64,000 bases of DNA from an uncultured Chloroflexia bacterium (GTDB taxonomy: Bacteria; Chloroflexota; Limnocylindria; Limnocylindrales; CSP1-4). Positions within the stretch are counted from its first letter, which is position 1; every line of letters starts with the position of its first letter. Position numbers and translations under genes: made by a program. This document shows, in pieces, positions 20,505-30,718 of this stretch. The notes below the pieces were generated by a model. The model was given only the letters and a program-made list of their open reading frames with translations. It was not told where the DNA came from and did no database searches. The stretch lies in assembly GCA_963828165.1 (NCBI GenBank), contig CAWHDR010000001.1, positions 416,001 through 480,000 on the forward strand, in the 5' to 3' direction.

Positions 20505-21266
20505 ATGACCGAGCGAGCCGATAGCCACGACCAGACCGCAGTCGACGACCAGGTCGACCGCCTGCTCGATGCCGCGGCCGGACGCGGCACCGTGGCGAGC
20601 GGCCTCCCGGCCGCGCGCGATTCACTCGACCTCCAGGAGCAGGAGATCAAGGATGCGGTTCTGCGGATGGGGTCGCTCGTCGAGGAGGCCATCCGGCGCG
20701 CCAGTCAGGCACTCACGGGCCACGACGCCGACCTGGCTCTCGACATCGTCAAGGCGGACGCCCGGATCAACGATGCCCAGCGTGAGGTGTCGCGGCAGAT
20801 CAGCGTGGCGATCGCCACACAGCAGCCCGTCGCTCGGGACCTGCGGTACTTGCTCACGCTGGACCACGTGACCTATGAGCTGGAACGGATCGGGGACCAC
20901 GCCTCGTCGGTAGCGAAACAGGTCATCAAGCTGGCACCGGAGCCGCCGCTTGCTGGCTACGTGAGCCTGCCCGAGATGGCCGAACGCTCCGCAGTCCTCG
21001 TCCATGGTGTCCTGCGGGCGCTGGTCGACGCCGATGCGGTCGCGGCGCGCGAGGTGGCGGCCCAGGACGACGACATCGACCGCCTGTACCACGCGACCTT
21101 CGACGACGTCGTCGAGCTGATGCGCCAGGACCCGGCCAACGTCGAGCGCGGGACCCGGATCATCATCGCGTCGCACTATCTCGAGCGGATCGGCGATCGA
21201 TCCACGAACATCGCCGAGGACATCGTCTACCTCGTGACGGGCGACGTGGAGGACCTCAACCCGTGA
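20505..21266 (+). CDS. phoU: Phosphate signalling protein PhoU
   Basis: QQPVARDLR, LERIGDH, LERIGDRSTNIAE. Confidence 0.96.
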   Translation: MTERADSHDQTAVDDQVDRLLDAAAGRGTVASGLPAARDSLDLQEQEIKDAVLRMGSLVEEAIRRASQALTGHDADLALDIVKADARINDAQREVSRQISVAIATQQPVARDLRYLLTLDHVTYELERIGDHASSVAKQVIKLAPEPPLAGYVSLPEMAERSAVLVHGVLRALVDADAVAAREVAAQDDDIDRLYHATFDDVVELMRQDPANVERGTRIIIASHYLERIGDRSTNIAEDIVYLVTGDVEDLNP

Positions 21267-21709
21267 CCGGCGACATCCGCGATCCCCTCCGGGTGCTGTT
21301 CGTGTGTACCGGCAACTCGGCGCGCAGCATCATGGCCGAGGCGCTGCTGCGCCAGCACGGCGGCGACGCCTTCGAGGTCCACAGCGCCGGCACGGAACCG
21401 CGGGGCGTCAACCCGCTGACCATGCGGATCCTCGCAGACGCCGGTATCGATGCGTCGTGGGCGCGCTCGAAGTCGGTTGACGAGTATCTCGGCCAGACAT
21501 TCGACTACGTCGTGACGGTGTGCGACCAGGCTCGCCAGAGCTGCCCGGTCTTCCCCGGCGTCCACGAATCGCTCCACTGGGGTTACGAGGACCCGGCGGC
21601 CGCCGAGGGCACCGACGAGGAGCGCCTGGCGGCCTTCCGCAAGGTCTTCCTCCAGATCGGCGAACGCGTCCGGCAATTCGCGACGGTCACGCAACGGCAG
21701 CCGGCCTGA
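21263..21709 (+). CDS. arsC: Thioredoxin-type arsenate reductase (LMW-PTP fold)
   Basis: P-loop CTGNSARS; TVCD...SCPVFPG resolving cysteines; HWGYEDP. Confidence 0.88.
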   Translation: MTGDIRDPLRVLFVCTGNSARSIMAEALLRQHGGDAFEVHSAGTEPRGVNPLTMRILADAGIDASWARSKSVDEYLGQTFDYVVTVCDQARQSCPVFPGVHESLHWGYEDPAAAEGTDEERLAAFRKVFLQIGERVRQFATVTQRQPA

Positions 21710-22191
21710 TGCTGCTGCACCTTTTGCGCCACGCCCACGCCGGCAACCCCGAGGCCTGGGATGGCCCGGACGCGGCCCGGCCCCTCAGCGAGAAAGGTCG
21801 CGACCAGGCCGAGCGGCTCGGTGTATTCCTCGCCCAAATGTCGTTCCGGACGGACGCGATCATCACGTCGCCCAAGGTCCGCGCGGCGGAGACCGCTGAG
21901 ATCGTCGCGGGTCACCTGGGCGTCGCCGTGACCGAAGACGATCGCCTGGCTGGGTTACTGGATCTAGATGCGCTCGAGGCGGTACTCACCGGCGCCGGGG
22001 ATCCGGACCGGCCGGTCGTCGTGGGTCACGACCCTGACTTCAGTGAACTCCTCGCGGGGCTGTGCGACGCCGCGAACGTCCCCATGCGCAAGGGCGCCTT
22101 CGCGCGGATCGAATGCGATCGGCCGCTCCGACCGGGTGGCGGGACGCTGCGCTGGCTGATCTCGCCCGACGCGCTCAGATCGGAGCGCTGA
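21709..22191 (+). CDS. sixA: Phosphohistidine phosphatase SixA family
   Basis: LRHAHA, RPLSEKG, SP..RA.ETA, VGHDP. Confidence 0.88.
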   Translation: MLLHLLRHAHAGNPEAWDGPDAARPLSEKGRDQAERLGVFLAQMSFRTDAIITSPKVRAAETAEIVAGHLGVAVTEDDRLAGLLDLDALEAVLTGAGDPDRPVVVGHDPDFSELLAGLCDAANVPMRKGAFARIECDRPLRPGGGTLRWLISPDALRSER

Positions 22192-22552
22192 CGGCCGGTT
22201 CCGTGGTCGCGGTCGCGCTTCGGCGGCGGGTCACGAGGTCGCTGACCGGGATGAGGCCACCCGGGATCATGCCGCGGGCGATGGCCGCGAGGCGCACAGC
22301 AACGTCCGGCGCGAGGCGGTAGTAGATCCACTGGCCGCGCCGCTCGGACGTGACCACGCCGGCCTCGCGAAGGACCCGGAGGTGGTGCGAGACGGTGGGC
22401 TGGCCAACGTCGCAGGCGGCCGTGAAATCGCACGCGCACGTCTCGTTGCTCTCTGCGAGCTCGCGCACGATCGCGAGGCGGGTGGGATCCGCCAGGGCGG
22501 ACAGGAGGCGGATGTCGGGGTCGATCGTCGTGGTTCGAGGGGTGCGAGCCAT
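22175..22552 (-). CDS. arsR: ArsR family repressor
   Basis: ALADPTRL, metal box ETCACDF, QPTVSHHLRVL; divergent from arsM. Confidence 0.9.
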   Translation of the reverse strand: MARTPRTTTIDPDIRLLSALADPTRLAIVRELAESNETCACDFTAACDVGQPTVSHHLRVLREAGVVTSERRGQWIYYRLAPDVAVRLAAIARGMIPGGLIPVSDLVTRRRSATATTEPAVSAPI

Positions 22553-22561
22553 GGCGGCAGC

Positions 22562-22624
22562 ATATCGTCAAGAATCGATATTGACAAGTGTTCCACGGTG
22601 GGTCATATTGATTTCCGTCGATAC
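22562..22624 (+). promoter_or_regulatory. Sigma70 promoter flanked by two ArsR-type operators
   Basis: TTGACA (22581)-17 bp-CATATT (22604); inverted repeats ATATCGT-N6-TCGATAT (22562) and ATATTGA-N6-TCGATAC (22605). Confidence 0.75.
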
Positions 22625-22654
22625 AACGCCACATAAACCGCGGAGGCACCCACG

Positions 22655-22867
22655 ATGCTCAACGACAACGGGATCGCCTGGATGATCGCCGGCGGCCACG
22701 AGGCCACCGGCGACGACCAGCGACAGCTCCTCCACCGCATCGCCCTTGCCGAGGGCACGCCGTCACGGGCAGACGCTGTTCGCCGGCGGATCGCGCGGAT
22801 CATCGGTGACCGCGTCGATGCGCCCGCCACCTTCGGGGCACTGTCCACGGATTGCTGCCCCGCCTGA
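22655..22867 (+). CDS. Small hypothetical protein ending in a Cys-Cys motif
   Basis: GGAGG RBS; first gene after the ars promoter; ends DCCPA. Confidence 0.6.
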   Translation: MLNDNGIAWMIAGGHEATGDDQRQLLHRIALAEGTPSRADAVRRRIARIIGDRVDAPATFGALSTDCCPA

Positions 22868-22907
22868 CCGACTTCGGCCCGCCGACCATCCGCAACGGAG
22901 TCCGACC

Positions 22908-23822
22908 ATGACCACCGACACGCCGCCGACGATCGACCAGAGCCCGGAAGCCATCACTGACGAGGTACGCGCCCGGTACGCGGACGCAGCACTGGCGGTG
23001 CTTGGGCGTGGCCACGAGCACTCGGACGCCTCCCCCGGCTGTTGCAGCCCGGCCGTGATGACCGACCCGGCCGACCCGGCTTGGGGCCAGCTGCTGTACG
23101 ACGCGACTGATCGCTCCGTTCTTCCGGACTCGGCCGTCCTCGCAAGCCTGGGCTGTGGGAACCCCACGGCCGTCGCCGAATTGCGACCCGGCGAGGTCGT
23201 CCTGGACCTGGGTTCGGGCGGCGGGATCGACGTGCTGCTATCGGCTTCTCGGGTCGGCCCGACCGGGTTCGCGTACGGCCTCGACATGACCGACGAGATG
23301 CTCGAGCTGGCGCGCAACAACGCCGCCGAGGCCGGGGCGACGAACGTCGAGTTCCGCAAGGGCCGGATCGAATCGATCCCGCTCGGCGACGCCTCGGTCG
23401 ACGTCGTCATCAGCAATTGCGTCATCAACCTCTCCACCGACAAGGCCGCAGTCCTTGGGGAAGTCGCCCGCGTGCTGAAGCCCGGTGGTCGCATCGGCAT
23501 CAGCGATGTCGTTGCGGACGACGAGCTGTCCCCGGACCAACGCGCCGAGCGTGGCAGCTTCGTCGGCTGCATCGCCGGCGCGCTGTCGTTCGCGGAGTAC
23601 CGTGCCGGGCTCGAGGCCGTCGGTCTCGGTGACATCTCGGTCACGCCCACCCACGCCGTGGGCGGCGGCCTGCACGGCGCCATCGTCAAGGCCACGAAGC
23701 CCGCGGCCTGGACCATGGCGGACATCCGCCCGGTCGATCTCCCGAAGCCATCCAGCGCCGGCGTGCCCGTGCTGGCGGAAAGCGCGGGTGGCTGCTGCGG
23801 CGACGGTTGCGGCTGCAGCTGA
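22908..23822 (+). CDS. arsM: Arsenite S-adenosylmethionine methyltransferase
   Basis: [31 protein letters not shown]; Cys-rich termini. Confidence 0.93.
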   Translation: MTTDTPPTIDQSPEAITDEVRARYADAALAVLGRGHEHSDASPGCCSPAVMTDPADPAWGQLLYDATDRSVLPDSAVLASLGCGNPTAVAELRPGEVVLDLGSGGGIDVLLSASRVGPTGFAYGLDMTDEMLELARNNAAEAGATNVEFRKGRIESIPLGDASVDVVISNCVINLSTDKAAVLGEVARVLKPGGRIGISDVVADDELSPDQRAERGSFVGCIAGALSFAEYRAGLEAVGLGDISVTPTHAVGGGLHGAIVKATKPAAWTMADIRPVDLPKPSSAGVPVLAESAGGCCGDGCGCS

Positions 23823-23842
23823 GAGCGGTCGGCTGCGGCCGA

Positions 23843-25045
23843 TCAGTCCGCCGCGGCCGGGAACGGCAGCGCTACTGAATCGGGCGCGAGCCGGCTGCGA
23901 CCCCCAGCGTCGAAGCGGTCCAGACCGAGCTCAGATACGTCGATGAGCGACGTCGTGCCGTGCACGGCCAGGTCCGCGGCCACGCTCGCCACTCCTGGTC
24001 CCCACATCATCCCGTGACCTGCTGCAGACGCGACCGTGACGCCGCCGATGACCGAGCCGTCCGGGCGGAGTGCCGGACCCAGGATCGGCAGATGGTCCGG
24101 CGTGTAGTCGATCGTCGCCGCCCAGATCTTGCGTAGACCGAGACCCCGGGTGAGCGGCACGTAGCCAGCCAGTCGCTCGCGGTACCGCTCGTAGGCCGCC
24201 CAATCGATCTCGCGCGCCGCCCCGGGCGACTCGTCCGGATCGCTCCAGCCGAACAGCAGCCCGCCGTCCTCGAGGCGCCAGTAGAGGCCGGCCCCAAGAT
24301 CGAAGACCATCGGCATCCGGTCGACGGCGAATGCGTCGTGCGGCTCGAGCACGGCCACCGTGTGGCGCGCGGCACCCGCCGGGATGCGCAACCCTGCCAG
24401 CGAGCCGACCGACCGCAGCGAGGGCCCGCCGGTCAGCACCACGCGCTCCGTCTCGATGGAGCCGCCGGTGGTCTCGACGCCGGTGATGCGCGCGCCGTCC
24501 TCGCTGGTGCGCAAACCGGTGAACGACGTTCGCTCGCGCAGCTCGACGCCCGCCTTCTGCATGGCGAGCGAGTAGGCACGAACGTTGCGCGGCGGGTCGA
24601 TGTGGCCATCACCGTCCCGGAAGCTGCCGCCGCGGTGGCCATCCGCTGAGAGCGTGCTGACCGTCGCACCTGCCTCGGCGGCGTCCAGCCAGCGGACATC
24701 CGTCAGCCCGGCGCCGTGCTGCATCGCAACGCGCTCCCTGCCGAGCCGCTCGTCCTCGTCGGTGACCGCCAGGATGAGGTAGCCGAGCTCACGAAATCCG
24801 GAATCCGTGCCGTACGTCGTCGCCTGTCCTCGATAGAAGTCGATCGACCAGCGCCCGAGCGCGACCGTCGCGGGCGTGCCGCCCTGGGCGCGGACGATGC
24901 CGGCCGCACGGGACGAGGCACCGTCACCGGCCAGGCCTCGCTCAAGGACGACCACGCGCCCGACACCGGCCTCCGCGGCGAAGACCGACGCCCAGCCGCC
25001 GACCGTGCCCGCGCCAACGACCACGAGGTCCGCCCGGTCCGTCAT
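23843..25045 (-). CDS. FAD-dependent oxidoreductase (sarcosine oxidase beta/DAO family)
   Basis: VVVGAGTVG, ASSRAAG, DYTPDHLPILG, GHGMM. Confidence 0.9.
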   Translation of the reverse strand: MTDRADLVVVGAGTVGGWASVFAAEAGVGRVVVLERGLAGDGASSRAAGIVRAQGGTPATVALGRWSIDFYRGQATTYGTDSGFRELGYLILAVTDEDERLGRERVAMQHGAGLTDVRWLDAAEAGATVSTLSADGHRGGSFRDGDGHIDPPRNVRAYSLAMQKAGVELRERTSFTGLRTSEDGARITGVETTGGSIETERVVLTGGPSLRSVGSLAGLRIPAGAARHTVAVLEPHDAFAVDRMPMVFDLGAGLYWRLEDGGLLFGWSDPDESPGAAREIDWAAYERYRERLAGYVPLTRGLGLRKIWAATIDYTPDHLPILGPALRPDGSVIGGVTVASAAGHGMMWGPGVASVAADLAVHGTTSLIDVSELGLDRFDAGGRSRLAPDSVALPFPAAAD

Positions 25046-25171
25046 GCGCTCCCCTGCTCCCTGCCGGTCTCGAGGGCGACAGCATACGGCGCGTCGAATG
25101 GCGCCGGACGATGTCGCACCGAGCGGTCGAGCGGTCGAGCGGTCCAGCGGTCGAGCGACATCGTGGCGCGG

Positions 25172-25825
25172 TCATCCGTCGAGCGCGGCCGCCTCCGCGC
25201 TGATCGCGATGACTCCCAGCCGCGCGAGCCTGGCCGCCGTGTCGCGCCGGCGGACCGTCCAGGCGGCGACCTGGAGTCCGGCGGCCCGGGCCCTTGCCAG
25301 GGACGCCGGATCGATGGCGTGCCACTCCACGGAGATCGCCCGACAGTCGAGCTCCGTCGCGACCACGATCGTCGCCGGCTCCAGGTCCGGGGCGTTCAGC
25401 CACCGCGGCCAGGTGGGGACGAGGCCCGCGACGCGCTCGAGCGTGTCGGGCTTGAAGGATGAGACCACGGCATTCACCAGGCTGGGCCCGCGGCCCGCGG
25501 CCAGGACCTCGACGACCGCCCGGTCATGGCGGCCCTTCAGCTCGACATCGAGGAACGCGCGATGCGGGATCGTGGCCAGGACATCGGCAAGACTCGGGAC
25601 GCCAAGGTCCTCGAGCGCCCGGGCTCGCAACTCGCCGACGAGCTCGGGCCGGCCCTGAACGCGCGCGAGGGTCTTGTCGTGGAGCAGCACCGGGACCCCG
25701 TCCGCTGCCAGACGGACGTCGAATTCGAGGCCGTCGCAGGCCGGAACCTCGAGCGCAGCGACGAGCGCTGGGAGCGTGTTCTCCGGGGCGCGCCGCCAGT
25801 CGCCGCGATGGGCCAGTCGAAGCAC
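25172..25825 (-). CDS. Glycerophosphodiester phosphodiesterase (GlpQ/UgpQ family)
   Basis: AHRG...APENT, EFDVRL..DG.PVLLHD, VELK, AWTV. Confidence 0.92.
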   Translation of the reverse strand: MLRLAHRGDWRRAPENTLPALVAALEVPACDGLEFDVRLAADGVPVLLHDKTLARVQGRPELVGELRARALEDLGVPSLADVLATIPHRAFLDVELKGRHDRAVVEVLAAGRGPSLVNAVVSSFKPDTLERVAGLVPTWPRWLNAPDLEPATIVVATELDCRAISVEWHAIDPASLARARAAGLQVAAWTVRRRDTAARLARLGVIAISAEAAALDG

Positions 25826-25833
25826 GCGTGCCC

Positions 25834-27033
25834 TCAGTGCCTGCCGTTGCCGGCGATGGGGACGGCGAACGAGAAGGTCGAGCCGGATCCCTCCGAGGAT
25901 TCGACCCAGATGCGCCCGCCGTGCTGCTCCACGACGTGCCGCGCGATCGCGAGGCCCAGGCCGGTGCCACCACCCGCCTCGGCCCGCATGCGGGCCCGAT
26001 CGACCTTGTAGAACCGCTCGAAGATCCGGCCCTGGGCGTCGCGCGGGATCCCGACCCCGTGATCCTGGACCGACGTGACGATGTCCTCGCCCTCGTGATC
26101 CGCCCGGACCACGATCTCGCCGCCGTCCGGGCTGAACTTCACGGCGTTGTGGACGAGATTCACGACGACCTGGCCCAATCGGGCGGCATCGCCTCGGATG
26201 GGCGGCAGGCCATCGGGCGCCTCGACCCTGAGCGTGACGCCCTGGCGATCGGCGAACAATCGGAGGCGCTCGGCCGACTGCGACGCGAGCCGGCCCATGT
26301 CCAGCCCATCGACCAGCGCGAGGGTGTTGCCGCTCTCGATGCGCGACAGGTCCATGAGCTCGTTGACCATCTGCACGAGGTGCCCGGTCTCGACTTCGAT
26401 CTTGCCGATGCGGTCGCGCATCTTGGGTGGCAGCACCACGTCCGGACCGTCCGCCTCGCGCGACAGCGTCTCGGCAAGGAGGCTCACCGTCGTGAGCGGT
26501 GTCCGGAGCTCGTGCGACAGGTTGTCGATGAATTCGGTCCGGATCCGCTGCAGGCGGCGCAGCTCGGAGACGTCGTCCACGATCAGCCACAGGCCGCTCG
26601 CGTGCGCCCGTCGAGCGAGCACGGTCAGCATCGGACCATCGGCATCGGCCCGGCGGACCTCCGTGCGCGCCGTGCCATTGGCGAGGGCCGCCTGCGCCAT
26701 CGACTCCACCGACGCATCGAGGAACGCCTCCATCACCGATCGACCCACGAGCGTCCCGGGCGCCCGGCCGAGAAGCGCGTGGGCGGCAGCGTTCGCCGAA
26801 AGGACGCGCAGGCCGCGATCCACCCGAACGATCCCCGAGCCCAACGCCCCCAGCAGTGCGGCCTGCTCCGCGGAGGCCCCGGCGATCTCGTCATCTCGCT
26901 GGGCCACGTCGGACCGAAGCCGCCTGATCTCGGCCTGCGATCGGGTCAGGACGCGATCATTGCGGATGGCGATGCCCGCGACCACGAACGCGATGACGGT
27001 CAGCCCAACGCTGATGACGATCCACGGGTCCAC
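25834..27033 (-). CDS. phoR: PhoR/SenX3-like sensor histidine kinase
   Basis: One TM, PAS-like region, SHELRTPL, NLVHNAVKF, FERFYKVD, GTGLGLAI; Pho context. Confidence 0.85.
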   Translation of the reverse strand: MDPWIVISVGLTVIAFVVAGIAIRNDRVLTRSQAEIRRLRSDVAQRDDEIAGASAEQAALLGALGSGIVRVDRGLRVLSANAAAHALLGRAPGTLVGRSVMEAFLDASVESMAQAALANGTARTEVRRADADGPMLTVLARRAHASGLWLIVDDVSELRRLQRIRTEFIDNLSHELRTPLTTVSLLAETLSREADGPDVVLPPKMRDRIGKIEVETGHLVQMVNELMDLSRIESGNTLALVDGLDMGRLASQSAERLRLFADRQGVTLRVEAPDGLPPIRGDAARLGQVVVNLVHNAVKFSPDGGEIVVRADHEGEDIVTSVQDHGVGIPRDAQGRIFERFYKVDRARMRAEAGGGTGLGLAIARHVVEQHGGRIWVESSEGSGSTFSFAVPIAGNGRH

Positions 27034-27085
27034 GGGTCGAGCATCGCACAGCCTGCGGCTCGCCGGTCAGGGAGCACGGCCGCGG

Positions 27086-28144
27086 TCAATCGTCGCCGCT
27101 GCGTCGGCCGACCCGAGCTCCCCACGGCGCCAGACGCGGGATGAGGTCCCCCAGCCAGGGGGCCGCATGACGCTCGAACTCGCGGGCCGGGAACGCGTGG
27201 CGGAGGACGAGCAGGTGAGCCATCCGGGCCGCCGCGCGCCGCGCCGGCACGCCATGGCGGTCTCCGACCCGCTCCACCGCATCGATCGCCGCTGCCGCGT
27301 CGGCCGACGCGAGCTCGCTCGAGACGCGCAGCGCGTCGTCCTCTTCGGGCGATGTCGCACGCGGCCAGGGCGGCGCGCCGAGGCGCTCCCTCGTGCCGGT
27401 CGACGCGAGCGAACGGACACCCTCCGCGGTAAGGGCTTGAAGTCGCTCCAGGAGCTCCCCGACCGCGTTCGTGGCCGGCCCATAGCGCGGTTGCCCGACA
27501 GCCGCCTCCCAGCCACGGGTCAGTCGCTCGCGAGCGCGCGGTCCGGCCGGATCGCCCAGCAACGTCTCGAGGATGTCGCCGAGGACGATGTCCGCAAGCT
27601 GACCTACGACGGCGTCGCGGGTCGCGAGGTCGCGTCGCGCTGCAGGCGGCAGGTTGGCGATGGCCGCGCGCTCGGCCCGCTCGATCACCTCGTCCAGCTC
27701 AGGTGGCACGAAGCGCCGGAGCGTGGCGAGGAACGCGATCGGGGCGGGCTCCGCGAGCGCCAGGCGATCGAGTTCGTCGCGCGTGAGCCGGCCCACACGC
27801 TCGACGACCGCGGTCACCCGCTCGGCTGTGGTCGGCGGCCGGCGGACCGGACGCCAGGCCGTGGCCGACCAGTCAGGCCGACCGGACGCGCGTGGCGATC
27901 GACCGGAGCGGATCCCGTCGGCGCGCTCGCGGTCGTAGCGACGACGCAGCTCCGGGTCGCTCAGCCAGTCGTGGGCGACGTTGATCCGCTTCGCGAGCTC
28001 GAGGGCTTCCGGCCCGGCGATATCCGGGTGGTGCTTGCGCAGGAGGCCACGCCAGGCCAGGTCGATCGCCTCCGCGCTGGCGTCGCGGGGCACCCCAAGC
28101 CGGGCATACAGATCGTCGCCGGGGAGGGTCTGGCGTGGCGGCAT
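27086..28144 (-). CDS. J-domain protein with unknown C-terminal domain
   Basis: DLYARLGV...HHPD...LSDPELRRRYD. Confidence 0.85.
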   Translation of the reverse strand: MPPRQTLPGDDLYARLGVPRDASAEAIDLAWRGLLRKHHPDIAGPEALELAKRINVAHDWLSDPELRRRYDRERADGIRSGRSPRASGRPDWSATAWRPVRRPPTTAERVTAVVERVGRLTRDELDRLALAEPAPIAFLATLRRFVPPELDEVIERAERAAIANLPPAARRDLATRDAVVGQLADIVLGDILETLLGDPAGPRARERLTRGWEAAVGQPRYGPATNAVGELLERLQALTAEGVRSLASTGTRERLGAPPWPRATSPEEDDALRVSSELASADAAAAIDAVERVGDRHGVPARRAAARMAHLLVLRHAFPAREFERHAAPWLGDLIPRLAPWGARVGRRSGDD

Positions 28145-28234
28145 GACGTCGACATCGTAGTGGTCCGGCCGGGCGCGTCTCGCTATGCTCAGGCCATGCG
28201 GCCGATGGCCGGTGGGGAGTCGAAGGGGATCGCC

Positions 28235-28861
28235 GTGAGCTTCATCAAGCGGGCCCAGGAAGCTGCCGCGCAGGCCGCCGAGGCTGCGCGGGTGAAGGCG
28301 CAGGAGGCCAGCGGCCAGATGAGCGGCACCGCCGGCGCCGGCGGCACGGGTGGCGCGGCCGGCACGGGGGGCACGCCCGGCCCGGACGGCTCCGTGAGCG
28401 AGGCGCTCACCCAGGACATGCTCGTCAAGCGCCTGTCAAGCACGGGCGCCAGCGCGCGCGAGGCGCTCGGGGTCGCAAAGCGGGGCATGAGCACGGTGAT
28501 CGAGAAGATCGATCCAGGAACGCTCGCGGAGCTGGTCATCAAGGCGACCGCCCTCCAGGAGATGACGAACAGATCGCTCCGCCTGAAGGGCTCGCCGTAC
28601 CGCATCGCCGAGATCTCGATCTCCGCCTCGATCCCACCGGCGGTCAGCTTCGCGATCCAGCGTCTGGAGGACGAACCCGAGGAACTTGGAGCCGACGTGG
28701 TGCCCTCGAGCGAGCTCGTCGAGCAGATCGTCGAAAGCGGAGACCTCGTCCTCGCGCTCGATGGGACGACCGTCGATCCCAGCGGTGTCGTCGATCCGCT
28801 CGAAGTCGACGGAACCCGTGGGGCGATGCCGCCGAGCGGCATCTCGAGCGACGGGAGCTAG
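28235..28861 (+). CDS. Hypothetical protein
   Basis: Host-like codon usage, GAAGGGGA RBS, fills the gap between two minus-strand genes. Confidence 0.65.
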   Translation: MSFIKRAQEAAAQAAEAARVKAQEASGQMSGTAGAGGTGGAAGTGGTPGPDGSVSEALTQDMLVKRLSSTGASAREALGVAKRGMSTVIEKIDPGTLAELVIKATALQEMTNRSLRLKGSPYRIAEISISASIPPAVSFAIQRLEDEPEELGADVVPSSELVEQIVESGDLVLALDGTTVDPSGVVDPLEVDGTRGAMPPSGISSDGS

Positions 28862-30576
28862 CGCCCGGGTGTGAACCCGTTCGCGATCAGTTCCTCGACC
28901 TCCTCGATCGGGCGGGTCGAGCGTTCGCCGGTCGCTCGCTCGGTGACCTCGACGCCGCCGGCAGCCAGGGAGCGCGGCGACACCGTCAGGATCCAGGGCA
29001 TCCCAAGCAGCTCGGCGTCGGTGAACTTGACGCCCGGCGATTCGTCACGGTCGTCCCAGAGGATCTCGTGCCGCGGCCCGGCCTCCTCCGCGAGCGCGTG
29101 CAGCCGCTCTGCGATCTCGGTGACGCGCGGCTCCTTGGCCCCGCCGATCGACACGAGGTGGGCCGCGTAGGGCGCGACCTCGGCCGGCCAGACGATTCCC
29201 TTGTCGTCGTGATGCGCCTCGACGATGCAGGCGACGTTCCGCCCGACCCCGATGCCATACGAACCCATGACGATGGGGTGCGCCTGGCCATCCTCGCCGA
29301 GATAGGTCGCGCCGGCGGCGTCGGTGAACTTCGTACCGAGCTTGAAGATGTTCCCGACTTCGATCCCGTTGCGCAGGATGACGGGCTTGCCGCAGGTCGG
29401 GCAGGCGTCGCCCTCCTGGGCGTTCGTGATATCGGCGGTCACGTCCGGGGTGAAGTCCCGACCGACGTTGACGTTGCGGTAATGGAAGCCTTCGCGGTTG
29501 GCGCCGGCAATCAGGTTCGGTGACCGAGCGACCAGATCGTCAACCACGACGACGGTGTCGCGTGCACCGATCGGCGATCCATAGCCCGGCTCCATGCCGG
29601 CCCCCTTGATCTCCTCGACGGTCGCGGGGCGCATCCCACCGATCGCCTTGACCGCGTTCCCGAGCTTGGTCTCGTTGACCTCGTGGTCACCGCGGACGAT
29701 GGCCGTCGCCAGCCGACCGTCGCCGGTCATGAAGAAGGCGGCCTTGGCGGTGCGCTCCGCGCCAACGCCGAGGAACTCGGCGAGCGACGCGATGGTCGTC
29801 GTCCCGGGTGTCGCGACCTCCTCGAGGGCCAGCGGCTGCTCGGGTGCGGGGTCGGGCTTGCCCACGTTCGCGACCTGGCGATTCGCGGCGTAGCCGCACG
29901 CCTCGCAGATGACGAGGACGTCCTCGCCGGCAGGGTTGAGGAACATGAACTCATGGGCCTGCGATCCGCCCATGATCCCGACGTCGGAGGCCACCGCGAC
30001 GGTGTCCAGGCCGAGGCGCTCGAAGGTTCGGACGTACGCACCGTGCTGCGCGTCGTAGCTGGCATCCAGGCCGGCCTGGTCAAGGTCGCAGCTGTAGGCG
30101 TCCTTCATCACGAACTCGCGCACGCGGATCAGACCGCCGCGGGCGCGTGGCTCGTCGCGCCACTTCGTCTGGAAGTGATAGACCTGCATCGGGAGCTGGC
30201 GATAGGACTTGACGATGTCGGCGAGGAGGATGCCGACGACCTCCTCATGCGTCATCGCCAGGACCATATCCCGGCCGTTGCGGTCCTTGAACCTCCCCAG
30301 CTCAGGGCCGATCGCGTCGTAGCGGCCGCTGGCTCGCCAGATGTCGGCCGGGTGGACGACCGGCATCTCCATCTCCTGGCCGCCGATACGGTCCTGCTCC
30401 TCCCGGATGACCTGCTCGACCCGGTCGCTGACCTTCTTGCCAAGTGGCAGCAGCGAGTAGATACCGGAGCCGAGCTGGCGCACGTAGCCCGCCCGTACGA
30501 GGAGCCGGTGGGACGGCATCTCGGCCTCGGTCGGATCGTCGCGGAGCGTGGCGAAGAAGAGGTGGGAGAGTCGCAT
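28858..30576 (-). CDS. proS: Proline--tRNA ligase
   Basis: THEE, RDEPRARGGLIRVREFVMKDAYS, IEVGNIFKLG, MGSYGIGV; editing domain present. Confidence 0.97.
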   Translation of the reverse strand: MRLSHLFFATLRDDPTEAEMPSHRLLVRAGYVRQLGSGIYSLLPLGKKVSDRVEQVIREEQDRIGGQEMEMPVVHPADIWRASGRYDAIGPELGRFKDRNGRDMVLAMTHEEVVGILLADIVKSYRQLPMQVYHFQTKWRDEPRARGGLIRVREFVMKDAYSCDLDQAGLDASYDAQHGAYVRTFERLGLDTVAVASDVGIMGGSQAHEFMFLNPAGEDVLVICEACGYAANRQVANVGKPDPAPEQPLALEEVATPGTTTIASLAEFLGVGAERTAKAAFFMTGDGRLATAIVRGDHEVNETKLGNAVKAIGGMRPATVEEIKGAGMEPGYGSPIGARDTVVVVDDLVARSPNLIAGANREGFHYRNVNVGRDFTPDVTADITNAQEGDACPTCGKPVILRNGIEVGNIFKLGTKFTDAAGATYLGEDGQAHPIVMGSYGIGVGRNVACIVEAHHDDKGIVWPAEVAPYAAHLVSIGGAKEPRVTEIAERLHALAEEAGPRHEILWDDRDESPGVKFTDAELLGMPWILTVSPRSLAAGGVEVTERATGERSTRPIEEVEELIANGFTPGR

Positions 30577-30718
30577 GGCCGGGTAAGGATAGCGGCCGAT
30601 GCCTGGGCCGGCGGCATCGGCGCCGTCCGGGCCGGCCGCGGCATTACCATCGTGGTAACGACACGCCTCGCGCCGCTCCCCTTGCCCGACCCATCCCGCC
30701 CCGGAGGCCCACGACCAG

